From positions 1,912 through 65,911 of IMG/VR virus record IMGVR_UViG_3300024262_005408: a DNA stretch of 64,000 nucleotides; one strand, written 5' to 3'. This document shows positions 10,278-18,502 of this stretch, in pieces; position 1 is the first letter of the stretch, and the number at the start of each line of letters is the position of its first letter. The position numbers and the translations under genes are program-made. Source of the DNA: a virus (lineage: Duplodnaviria; Caudoviricetes). The notes under the pieces were generated by a model. The model was not told the origin of the DNA. It did not search any database and was given only the letters and a program-made list of their open reading frames with translations.

Positions 10278-11717
10278 TTATTTTTCGTAAAAATTACTTA
10301 TTTTAACGTTAATATTTTCTTCTGTATATAATTGCATTCTTTTATCGGAATGAGCTTCACCATATCGTAGTTGGTCGGCTATATCAACGACAACTAATTT
10401 GTTTTTGCTTTCGTGCAAACGAAGTCCACGACCGATCGACTGTAGGATTTTAATTTTAGCTTTACCGCCACTAGCAAAAACAATGTAGTGTAAATTATTA
10501 ATGCTGATACCAGTAGAGAAAATCCTGCTAATAGCAATACAAACAATATTATTATCCCGCTCAATAAGTCTTTTAACTTTATCACGTTCTTCAACATCTA
10601 CTTCTCCTCTAATGAAATATATTTTTTTTCCATCTTTGTTATTATTTAGTTCTTTGAAAAGTGCTTCCCCATGTTTAATAAAATCTACTAATATTAGTGA
10701 ATTATTTTTAACACCCATAGTTAATTTTTTAATTACTGTGTTTCGAAAAGCGTTTTCAAAAAGAAATTCAAATTCTTGTCTATATCGTATACCGGGGTCA
10801 GTTATGTCTATTGAATACTTTGGTTGTGTTTTGTAATGTAATTTAATTACATGTGCAACTGCACTACTAACAAAATTTTCCAACCGAAGTTCATAGCTGG
10901 TTTTTTGATATATAACAGGGCCTATTTTACCAATTATATTCCATTGATCTGCATTATTATCGGGCAAGGTCCCTGTAAACCCGAATTTGTTTTCTGTTAT
11001 TATGCTTTTTACCAACTTATTTACTTTATTAGATCTTCTGACCTTATGACATTCATCAATTACTAATACATCGACATGTTTAACCCAATCTAAATCTGTT
11101 TTTTCACTTTGCAATATACCCAGGTTGGCAATAATAACATTATTTGTTAGATCTACTGGGGTGCTACCTGTCCATTTACAGAAAGAAAATGAAACACCAT
11201 ATTTACTAAAATCATCAAATGTTTGATTTACTAATCCTAAATCAGGAACAACAATTAAAACTTTCCATGTTTCTTGCTGTGTTTTTTGGTATGTTCTTTC
11301 TAACATACTAGCCATGGTAAGTGTTTTGCCTCCTGCGGTTGCTAGCATGACCACCCCCCTACCTTTATCTAAGCATTCATCTACAATTTCTTTTTGGTAA
11401 TCTCTTAATTGTAAGGAAAGTTTACCGTTATTACCATGAAGCATTTGAGGCTTAATAGCTTCTATAATATTTTTTTCAAGATGTATTTTCTTTTCTGGAA
11501 ATTCTTTTTTAATATATTGAATTATATTTGCTGTTAAACCTACTTCATATTTACCTGCAGGGGTTATAACGTAGGTCCGTGCCGGCATATATCTACCATA
11601 CCGTCTAGCAAAACGTGCGCCTTCGTTTTCAAAAGAAAAATGTTCTCGAATGATACCAAGATCTTCAGTTCTTACTGTGGCCTGACGTTTTCTTTTGTCG
11701 TAATCAAAAACAACCAT
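10278..11717 (-). CDS. uvsW: UvsW-like SF2 DNA helicase
   Basis: LRDYQ, ATAGGKT, DECH, GFTGT, QSIGRGLR. Confidence 0.93.
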   Translation of the reverse strand: MVVFDYDKRKRQATVRTEDLGIIREHFSFENEGARFARRYGRYMPARTYVITPAGKYEVGLTANIIQYIKKEFPEKKIHLEKNIIEAIKPQMLHGNNGKLSLQLRDYQKEIVDECLDKGRGVVMLATAGGKTLTMASMLERTYQKTQQETWKVLIVVPDLGLVNQTFDDFSKYGVSFSFCKWTGSTPVDLTNNVIIANLGILQSEKTDLDWVKHVDVLVIDECHKVRRSNKVNKLVKSIITENKFGFTGTLPDNNADQWNIIGKIGPVIYQKTSYELRLENFVSSAVAHVIKLHYKTQPKYSIDITDPGIRYRQEFEFLFENAFRNTVIKKLTMGVKNNSLILVDFIKHGEALFKELNNNKDGKKIYFIRGEVDVEERDKVKRLIERDNNIVCIAISRIFSTGISINNLHYIVFASGGKAKIKILQSIGRGLRLHESKNKLVVVDIADQLRYGEAHSDKRMQLYTEENINVKISNFYEK

Positions 11718-11724
11718 TGTATTA

Positions 11725-11752
11725 ATTATAATGAAGTTACCTTATTTTTCAA
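11725..11752 (-). promoter_or_regulatory. Sigma70-like promoter TTGAAA-16-TATAAT, 7 nt before the uvsW ATG
   Basis: Read directly from the minus strand. Confidence 0.7.
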
Positions 11753-11771
11753 GCTTGAAAAAATAATAAAG

Positions 11772-11803
11772 AAAAAACAACCCTACCTAAATTTAGGTAG
11801 GGT
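11772..11803 (-). terminator. Intrinsic terminator downstream of the 11846..12136 gene
   Basis: Inverted repeat ACCCTACCTA/TAGGTAGGGT at 11780..11803 followed by a T-rich tract on the minus strand. Confidence 0.7.
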
Positions 11804-11845
11804 GTTCTGGGATAATTTAATTAAATTATCAGTAGATCTTAAACA

Positions 11846-12136
11846 TTATTTAAATTCTAAATCTAATCCTTTACGCCACCCAAGTACTACATTTAATAGC
11901 CATGCATATGCAGCTCCACCGAGCCAACCTGCAACACCAAAAGATATAACATCTTTAATATTGGCTGTAACAGAATCTCCGATCGTCCCAATTGCTGCGT
12001 CCAAGTCGCCTAAACCACCACCAGCAATAACAGCTAGTACAGGAAAAACAACAACCTTAATCACACCTGTTAGTGCCCCCAGCAAAGCAGCAATATTTGC
12101 TAAGGACAGTACCCCGACTTTAGTTAATTTTTTCAT
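11846..12136 (-). CDS. Small two-helix membrane protein (DUF3566-like)
   Basis: Two long hydrophobic Gly-rich segments; KLTKVGVLSLA N-terminus and GLDLEF C-terminus; TAAATA 7 nt upstream. Confidence 0.55.
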   Translation of the reverse strand: MKKLTKVGVLSLANIAALLGALTGVIKVVVFPVLAVIAGGGLGDLDAAIGTIGDSVTANIKDVISFGVAGWLGGAAYAWLLNVVLGWRKGLDLEFK

Positions 12137-12164
12137 TACAATTTATTTAAGCAAAAAAACCCTA

Positions 12165-12407
12165 TTATTTGCTCTTTTTGCTTCGTATTTTCGTTAATTC
12201 CTTATGGATTTCAAAAATAACCAACATTAATTCGGCGTAAATGCGACAAACAATAGGACCACCTATAACCATAGCTAACCCAGTAAGTAAATCAGCAGTA
12301 AATGCTGTGAATAACCCAACAATAACTGCAACACCGGCTCCAATATAAGCGAGTATTTTTAAGATCCCGGGAGTGATCATGTATTCATAATTTAAGAATG
12401 CTTTCAT
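12165..12407 (-). CDS. DUF4282-like membrane protein
   Basis: FLNYEYMITPGILKILAYIG...GPIVCRIYAELMLVIFEIHKEL; start moved to MKAF (12407), 5 nt after TAAATA. Confidence 0.7.
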   Translation of the reverse strand: MKAFLNYEYMITPGILKILAYIGAGVAVIVGLFTAFTADLLTGLAMVIGGPIVCRIYAELMLVIFEIHKELTKIRSKKSK

Positions 12408-12457
12408 ACATGTATTTATTATACCTCTTTCAAAATTTCTACTAATAATAAATATTT

Positions 12458-12474
12458 CGGACACTCCCAATAAT
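12458..12474 (+). repeat. 17-bp dispersed repeat, copy 2 (intergenic)
   Basis: CGGACACTCCCAATAAT; shares 19 nt (TTCGG...AAT) with copy 3. Confidence 0.9.
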
Positions 12475-13283
12475 TATTGGGGTAAGTCTTCTTTAGCTAA
12501 ATTACCACCAAAGAGTTCATATTCTGGGGTAGTTATGTCTATATTGTCTTTCGCGAACATTGTCTTAAAATAATCGATGTATAAACTATCAAATTTACCC
12601 CACCTTACAAGTTCTACGTATTGCAATAACGGTGAATCTGTTTGACCTTCATCTCTAGTTAATAATGTACCGCCTTTACCTTGTCTACAAGCTACGTAGT
12701 TCCATTTTTTTGAATAATTTCTTAATGTAGGGTCTGTTTCCAACACCCAACCTGAAAAATCACCTTCAGTACTTTTTAATAATTCAATAAATCTGTCTTT
12801 ATTCCATATTGCTGCTTGAAGCGAATTCCTATATTCATTATTTTCTGAGATCGTTCCAAAATTTATATTATTAATAGGACCTTCGGACACTCCCAATAAT
12901 GGTAAGTCAGGTTCCGGCATTGATATACAACGCAATTTTGTTATATCATTTCTTTCCATGTAGTTTAATGCATGATAAAAGTTATTTGATTCAACAGGGT
13001 TAACTATTATTTGGTCTTCCACCATGAATAACACGTATTTTGTAGAAACCTTTTTTAATCCTTCTAAGACCATGGGTTTAAAGTGACTAGCATTTTCATC
13101 CCATTTAACTCCAGTTACAACACATTCAATATCTTTACTTTTATATTGTTTTTTGTTACTTATTGTTAAAACCTTAAAAGGGCATTTCCAGTTTTTCTTG
13201 TGATAAAAATCCCATATTTTTAGAATAGGTTGATACGTGTCAGAACTTAACACTAATATTGTACAATCAAAGTTTGGCTTCAT
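12474..13283 (-). CDS. GT-A-like glycosyltransferase (uncharacterised family)
   Basis: ILVLSSDTY, YVLFMVEDQ, SLQAAIWNK...WVLE; lies in an operon with sugar-nucleotide genes; likely start MKPNF. Confidence 0.5.
   Translation of the reverse strand: MKPNFDCTILVLSSDTYQPILKIWDFYHKKNWKCPFKVLTISNKKQYKSKDIECVVTGVKWDENASHFKPMVLEGLKKVSTKYVLFMVEDQIIVNPVESNNFYHALNYMERNDITKLRCISMPEPDLPLLGVSEGPINNINFGTISENNEYRNSLQAAIWNKDRFIELLKSTEGDFSGWVLETDPTLRNYSKKWNYVACRQGKGGTLLTRDEGQTDSPLLQYVELVRWGKFDSLYIDYFKTMFAKDNIDITTPEYELFGGNLAKEDLPQ
12884..12900 (+). repeat. 17-bp dispersed repeat, copy 3 (inside a CDS)
   Basis: CGGACACTCCCAATAAT. Confidence 0.9.
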
Positions 13284-13983
13284 ATAGTTGTAATTCATGT
13301 GGGCTTCCTACGACATGTTGTTTTTCGTGTTGTTTTAATTTAAAGTCTATAATTGTATATTCACGGTCTAGTAAATCATTGTATGTTAAAGACACATACA
13401 CTTCGTCGTTTTTAGTATAACCTTTTTTTGTAGCACCTATAAAAGAGGAATAAAAAAGATCTGCGGTTTTCCAGTAATGGGTTCCTATCAAACCATGATT
13501 TGACACAACATCTTTTTCTTTAAAATGTGTAGCTTTATAATTTTCATCACACATCATGAAACTATAGTGTGGATCACATGTATTAATAGTAACAACTGCC
13601 CCGTCAGGATCTTTTTCTTCAAGAAAATCTAAAAATCTTTTATGATCCCAGTCTAATATTTGATCTACGTTTGTTTGAAGTAGTGGTTCGTTACCAGGAA
13701 CAAAGCCTTTTGTTTTATATACTGTTTCTGCCGGGCCGCTAGTAACTTCGTCTATAAATTGAATTTTTGCATTAGGGCAAAAATTAAGTATATGGCTGTA
13801 TGCATTGTATTTTTCCTCATGTTCCTTTAAAACAACAAAATAATAATTACCTTCAATGCCTATACTTTCGTAAGCCCTTTGAATCATTGACTTTCCTTTT
13901 ATATCTATAAAAGGTTTAGGTGTATCAATTCCTACTTCTTTAAAAGCTGAGCTTTTACCAGCCATAGGTATAACGATGTTCAT
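13267..13983 (-). CDS. Sugar-phosphate nucleotidyltransferase family protein
   Basis: MNIVIPMAG...PKPFIDIKGKSMI, TSGPAET, NVDQ; start reassigned to MNIVIP. Confidence 0.8.
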   Translation of the reverse strand: MNIVIPMAGKSSAFKEVGIDTPKPFIDIKGKSMIQRAYESIGIEGNYYFVVLKEHEEKYNAYSHILNFCPNAKIQFIDEVTSGPAETVYKTKGFVPGNEPLLQTNVDQILDWDHKRFLDFLEEKDPDGAVVTINTCDPHYSFMMCDENYKATHFKEKDVVSNHGLIGTHYWKTADLFYSSFIGATKKGYTKNDEVYVSLTYNDLLDREYTIIDFKLKQHEKQHVVGSPHELQLYEAKL

Positions 13984-13984
13984 T

Positions 13985-14467
13985 TTATGATTTAATAGTG
14001 TTTTTAATATATTCAAATAGGTGAGCTGCAACACCCCCACCACCTTTTACAGGTAAAACGCAAGAAATTTTTTGTATTTCAGGTATTGCATCTTCAGGGC
14101 AAAAAGCATAACCAACTTCTTTCATAATATCTAAGTCTTGTATATCATCTCCCACAAAAGCTACATCTTGTTTGGGTGTATTATAATCAAAACATATATC
14201 ATTAAGTTTTGTTACTTTGTTTTCACCTTTTCTGTGCACAACATTGAGTAAATCAAACTTCCTTCTTTTAGAAAACCCAGGATTTATGTCTAAGCTTCCT
14301 GTAAACAAGGCTATTTTAATTCCAAGTTCGTTTGTAAATCGTCTTAATGCTGTAATATCTTTTTGATTATACCTTTTCCATAACACTTCCCCTTCTTGAT
14401 TATATGCTGCGGTACCATCTGTTAATACCCCGTCAATATCAAATAAAATTAATCTTAAGTCGTTCAC
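13985..14467 (-). CDS. kdsC: KdsC-like HAD phosphatase
   Basis: FDIDGVLTDG, AFVGDDIQD, CPEDA, GGGGV. Confidence 0.8.
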   Translation of the reverse strand: MNDLRLILFDIDGVLTDGTAAYNQEGEVLWKRYNQKDITALRRFTNELGIKIALFTGSLDINPGFSKRRKFDLLNVVHRKGENKVTKLNDICFDYNTPKQDVAFVGDDIQDLDIMKEVGYAFCPEDAIPEIQKISCVLPVKGGGGVAAHLFEYIKNTIKS

Positions 14468-14862
14468 TGTGTTTCTAATTTTTGTATCTCTATAATATTT
14501 CTTACATCAAATCCTATAGAGCTCATTATTTTTTCTACTTTTTCAAGATATTCAATTAACACATACTGTTCTTGAATTTTATTGTTTAATTCTTTTATGT
14601 TATCTGTATTTGCAGCAACTTTTTCAGCTGCTGGTGTAGATAAACGAACATTGCTTTGTTCCTGTATTACTTTTGTTAGTTCAATTAATTTTTCGGTCTT
14701 TTCTTTCTTTAATTGATTTAATTCATGTTTATGCCTCATTAATCTACCTACCCATAAATGTCTCCTTCCTGGTAACTGTAATTGCACATCCTTTAAGGTA
14801 AATTCATCTATAACTAATTGTTCATTTAGTTCTTTTTGATAACTAGTTAATATATCATTCAT
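14464..14862 (-). CDS. uvsY: UvsY-like recombination mediator
   Basis: Helical 132 aa protein ending IEYLEKVEKIMSSIGFDVRNIIEIQKL, which resembles the UvsY C-terminus; near uvsW. Confidence 0.7.
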   Translation of the reverse strand: MNDILTSYQKELNEQLVIDEFTLKDVQLQLPGRRHLWVGRLMRHKHELNQLKKEKTEKLIELTKVIQEQSNVRLSTPAAEKVAANTDNIKELNNKIQEQYVLIEYLEKVEKIMSSIGFDVRNIIEIQKLETQ

Positions 14863-14891
14863 CTAATAAATATTATTGCTTACATCTATTA

Positions 14892-15134
14892 ATGTCAATC
14901 TATAAAAACTCATTTTTAAGAGCTTTATTATCAGAAGAAGACGGCGGTAACGTCGCTGGCTCTGGTGGTGTGCTAGGTAGTTGGGATCAATCTCATTTTT
15001 CTGGTCCGGGTTTATATGCACCTGGTGATGCTAGAAGGCCTTTTGCTCTAGGTGCAATGCAAAAACGAGCCGGTGTATCAAAAAAGAAGAAAAAGAAGAA
15101 GAAAAAGAGTAGAACAAAATCCAAAAAGAAATAA
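14892..15134 (+). CDS. Small protein with capsid-targeting-like N-terminus and poly-Lys tail
   Basis: MSIYKNSFLRALLSEE, Gly-rich core, KKKKKKKKKSRTKSKKK. Confidence 0.6.
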   Translation: MSIYKNSFLRALLSEEDGGNVAGSGGVLGSWDQSHFSGPGLYAPGDARRPFALGAMQKRAGVSKKKKKKKKKSRTKSKKK

Positions 15135-15139
15135 ATTAT

Positions 15140-15556
15140 TTGGTGGATAACTACGGTCACTGGACTTATAATCTCGAAGAGAAAGAGATACCGAACACGT
15201 TCTACGGTTTTATTTACCAGATAACAAATACAACCAACGACAGAAAATATATCGGAAAGAAACAATCAACTACAATTCTTAAGCGACCACCTCTTAAGGG
15301 TAGAAAAAATAAAAGACATGTGGTTAAAGAAACAGATTGGAAAATATATACAGGTTCATCGGATAAGTTAAATGAAGATATTCAAAAGTTAGGTAAAGAC
15401 GAGTTTAAATTCGAAATATTAAGGTTTTGTCAAAGTAAAAGTGAACTTGCATATTATGAAGCTAAAATGCAATTTGATAATGATGTTTTATTAAAAGAAG
15501 AGTATTACAACGGAATTATTAACTTAAGATTGGGTAAGATTAAAAAAGTTGATTAA
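15140..15556 (+). CDS. Stand-alone GIY-YIG endonuclease
   Basis: GFIYQITN...KYIGKK, YTGSS, YYEAK, YYN. Confidence 0.85.
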   Translation: MVDNYGHWTYNLEEKEIPNTFYGFIYQITNTTNDRKYIGKKQSTTILKRPPLKGRKNKRHVVKETDWKIYTGSSDKLNEDIQKLGKDEFKFEILRFCQSKSELAYYEAKMQFDNDVLLKEEYYNGIINLRLGKIKKVD

Positions 15557-15583
15557 CAATAGGTAATAAGTTACAATATAGGG

Positions 15584-16153
15584 GTGAGGTTTATACTTCC
15601 AGAACATAATATCATCTTAATAGATTTTCAAGATATACATAAAAAATTTGAAAAAGATTTGATTGATGATATACATAGTAACGAGCTACTTAGTACATTT
15701 AAAGAGAAAAATTTTCAGAATAAAGATATAAAAAAGCTATTTTTTCATCACTCTATAAAAGGAATTGTGGAATATATAAACAAAATAAAATCACACAACA
15801 AGGTAGTATTATATTTTAACAACACTCAATTTTATGAAAGTGAAATTTTGCATTATTTACCAGAAAAAGATTATTTAAGTTTGTTAACTAAGTTGTTAGT
15901 TAAGTTAAGACATGTATTACCCGTTAAAGTAGTAATATCACTTAGAAGCTTAGCTTACTTTAAAGAATTAATTCAGAAAAATGACGGAAGAGCAAAAGGT
16001 ACAGTATTAAAAATATATTCTACCATATCAAAATTTAAAATAGAATCGTTCACTTTTGAAAAAGTTAAGAAATTCGCGAACAAATATCAATTAACATTTC
16101 TCTCTAATGATTATTTTGATAATATAAAAACAAAACAAATGATATTTAAATAA
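15584..16153 (+). CDS. Hypothetical protein (weak resemblance of the N-terminus to RNase H/PIN-type nucleases)
   Basis: IILIDF N-terminus; TTGATT-17-TACAAT promoter 6 nt before GTG. Confidence 0.45.
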   Translation: MRFILPEHNIILIDFQDIHKKFEKDLIDDIHSNELLSTFKEKNFQNKDIKKLFFHHSIKGIVEYINKIKSHNKVVLYFNNTQFYESEILHYLPEKDYLSLLTKLLVKLRHVLPVKVVISLRSLAYFKELIQKNDGRAKGTVLKIYSTISKFKIESFTFEKVKKFANKYQLTFLSNDYFDNIKTKQMIFK

Positions 16154-16156
16154 ATA
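16151..16156 (+). promoter_or_regulatory. Late-promoter core TAAATA, representative of about 20 copies lying 2-10 nt before start codons
   Basis: AATAAATATATAAAATGAA is identical at 16149 and 35309; matches the core of the T4 gp55 promoter TATAAATA. Confidence 0.7.
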
Positions 16157-16162
16157 TATAAA

Positions 16163-16594
16163 ATGAAGTTTGATCAAGCTATAAATGAAGGGTATGGTAG
16201 ATACGTTAGTGATCAAGAATCGAAAATGATACCAGTCAGTGAAGACGTTTTAAAAAGAGCAGCGGAAGTTGCTTATAATGCCTTAGGCACAACCACATAC
16301 GGAGAAAACCCAGATCTAATGAAATTATATCAACACACGTATTTAGATCTAAAACAAGCACTTAAATCTGGTGGGGTAGAATATTCTGAGGATGAAGATT
16401 TTGAAGATCTAGAAGGGGCTACAGATGAAACACAACAAGAAGGGGAAGATTTTGATGGTGTAAATGCATCAGCCTTATCTAAGGCTTTGTCCTTAGGTAA
16501 GCAATTAAAATCTCCTGAGGTTGCTCAAGCCACACAAGAGCTTCATGGTAAGGTAGCACAAAAAATAAAGGATGTAACAAGTAAATTGTCATGA
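16163..16594 (+). CDS. Hypothetical acidic protein, putative internal head protein
   Basis: MKFDQAINE N-terminus; late promoter. Confidence 0.55.
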   Translation: MKFDQAINEGYGRYVSDQESKMIPVSEDVLKRAAEVAYNALGTTTYGENPDLMKLYQHTYLDLKQALKSGGVEYSEDEDFEDLEGATDETQQEGEDFDGVNASALSKALSLGKQLKSPEVAQATQELHGKVAQKIKDVTSKLS

Positions 16595-16959
16595 AAATAA
16601 AAAGTAAATTTTTTAAATTAATAAAGAATAAGCACAATGTATTGCAAGAACAGGTGCCGCCGGCACCACTTGCACCTGGTATTGACCCAGCTGCTGTTCC
16701 ACCTGGTGGTGAGATGGTAGCTACTCAAGAAACAGAAACAATAACAGAACCTGAACCTGAGATTAAACAGCTGACATCCGAAGGTGAAGTGGAACTTATA
16801 CGTCTTATTTTAAAAGCACTGATTGTTAACCCTACTGAAGGTACTATACCACCGGAATTGCTTGACGATGAAATTAACGAAAATAACGGCAGAGCGATGT
16901 TATCTAAGATAAGAAATTATTTGAACACTTACACTGACGACCCTGATATTAATTACTAA
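16591..16959 (+). CDS. Hypothetical protein, putative internal head protein
   Basis: MKIKSKFFKL...VLQE followed by a Pro-rich and acidic body; ATGA overlap with the previous gene. Confidence 0.55.
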   Translation: MKIKSKFFKLIKNKHNVLQEQVPPAPLAPGIDPAAVPPGGEMVATQETETITEPEPEIKQLTSEGEVELIRLILKALIVNPTEGTIPPELLDDEINENNGRAMLSKIRNYLNTYTDDPDINY

Positions 16960-18491
16960 TGAAAAAGTATAGATCACTTGAAGACGTGTATGCCAATATA
17001 GATCAAACGGTAACACTATTACCTAGACAGACAATTAATGAATGGGCGATATTGTTTGCCGATGAAGAAGCCGGACCAATAAAAATAGGCGATGTGGATG
17101 ATAAATTTTTGAATAGATTAAAAAAAGATATTGGTAACCATCAAGGCGGGGTTAAAGACTTGTTACAAAATTTAGTGAACTCAGGTCATTGGTCGTCTGG
17201 GATGAAAGACCAAGATTATCATGATAAAATTTTATTACCCGCAATAGAATCATTTATAGACATACCTGATGATATAGATGCAAATCAGTTAAAACACCTA
17301 ATAAAAAATAAAAAGAATTTAACCGGGTTTGGGGATCAAATTAAAAATGCTGTTGTTAATAATAGTTCATTTAATTATCTAGATAGTTTGGAAGAAGTTG
17401 CATCCCCGGTATTTAAAGGCAACACAAGACAGCTATTAGATAGATTATATGCATTAGATTTTCAACAAAGCAATGTTAATGTAGGTAAAGGTGAATTAGT
17501 AGCAACACTATTTTCTAATGCCGTAAAAGGTAAAAAAGGAGATTTATATATAGATGGTATTGGTGAAGTAGAAGTAAAAGGGACGCAAGGCCGCCCCGGT
17601 AAATCGGGAGGGACAGTAGTGTCTGCAAGAAAAATCCTTCCAAAAATGTTAAAGGATAAAGGTCATGACATTTATACCGGAAGAGAAATACAGAAATTTT
17701 TATTAAATCTAACTAAGAGTATAAATGAGTTAAAGGGGTATATTTCTTCGTTGATAGGTAATCCTAAATTTACTGAACGTACTCAAGAAATTTTACATCA
17801 TATATCTGATTATGTTGAACAATTTACAGACCCACAAAATATAAAAAATATTGATAATAACGACTTTTATACAAGTAAATTAGATCTTGAAAAAATGATT
17901 CATAGCTCTGGGTTACCTTCAACTCAGGTAAAAACAGCGCTTAGCAAATTAAATCAAGGTTCTAACTCAAAACCTGGCCTAGAAAAAACATTTAAAGAAT
18001 TTCAACATTCTAAAGACAGAAAAACCATTACGCCCGGTAATGAAGAAGATTATCATTGGAGTGATGTAGTTAAACAATACTTCATGGGTGACTGGGGACT
18101 AACAAAAGATGACATAGTTGATGGGTTTGTTGTATTAGCAAACGAAGATATTAATTCACAAGAAGAAAGCCAGTTAAGAGAAGCATTAAACGTAATAGTA
18201 GATGACGATTTACTGTCAAGATTAGCAAACGAAGATAAAGGAGCTTTAGATACTGTTGTAGCTACAATACATTCTGCTTTATATCACAACAGAGAAGAAT
18301 TTCCTATTATGCTTTTGGTTAACTCTACTAGTAAAGAAGCTTTACCGTTAGCATTCCCGGGTGAAAATTTAAAAGAGAAGGTTTTAAACCACTATAATAC
18401 TATTGATCGCTTAATTAGTAACGGTCTTCTAAAAATAGGGTTATCTGTCGACCCTAGAAGCAAAGGAGTACAGTTTACATTTACGGGGTAA
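16959..18491 (+). CDS. PD-(D/E)xK nuclease-like protein
   Basis: GKGELVATL...GDLYIDGIGEVEVKG fits the E...D...ExK restriction-endonuclease-like motif. Confidence 0.55.
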   Translation: MKKYRSLEDVYANIDQTVTLLPRQTINEWAILFADEEAGPIKIGDVDDKFLNRLKKDIGNHQGGVKDLLQNLVNSGHWSSGMKDQDYHDKILLPAIESFIDIPDDIDANQLKHLIKNKKNLTGFGDQIKNAVVNNSSFNYLDSLEEVASPVFKGNTRQLLDRLYALDFQQSNVNVGKGELVATLFSNAVKGKKGDLYIDGIGEVEVKGTQGRPGKSGGTVVSARKILPKMLKDKGHDIYTGREIQKFLLNLTKSINELKGYISSLIGNPKFTERTQEILHHISDYVEQFTDPQNIKNIDNNDFYTSKLDLEKMIHSSGLPSTQVKTALSKLNQGSNSKPGLEKTFKEFQHSKDRKTITPGNEEDYHWSDVVKQYFMGDWGLTKDDIVDGFVVLANEDINSQEESQLREALNVIVDDDLLSRLANEDKGALDTVVATIHSALYHNREEFPIMLLVNSTSKEALPLAFPGENLKEKVLNHYNTIDRLISNGLLKIGLSVDPRSKGVQFTFTG

Positions 18492-18502
18492 AAATAAATA
18501 CA

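Noticed and set aside
11640-12197. 185 aa plus-strand ORF
   Set aside because: Overlaps uvsW, its promoter, a terminator and the antisense of a plausible membrane gene; no motifs
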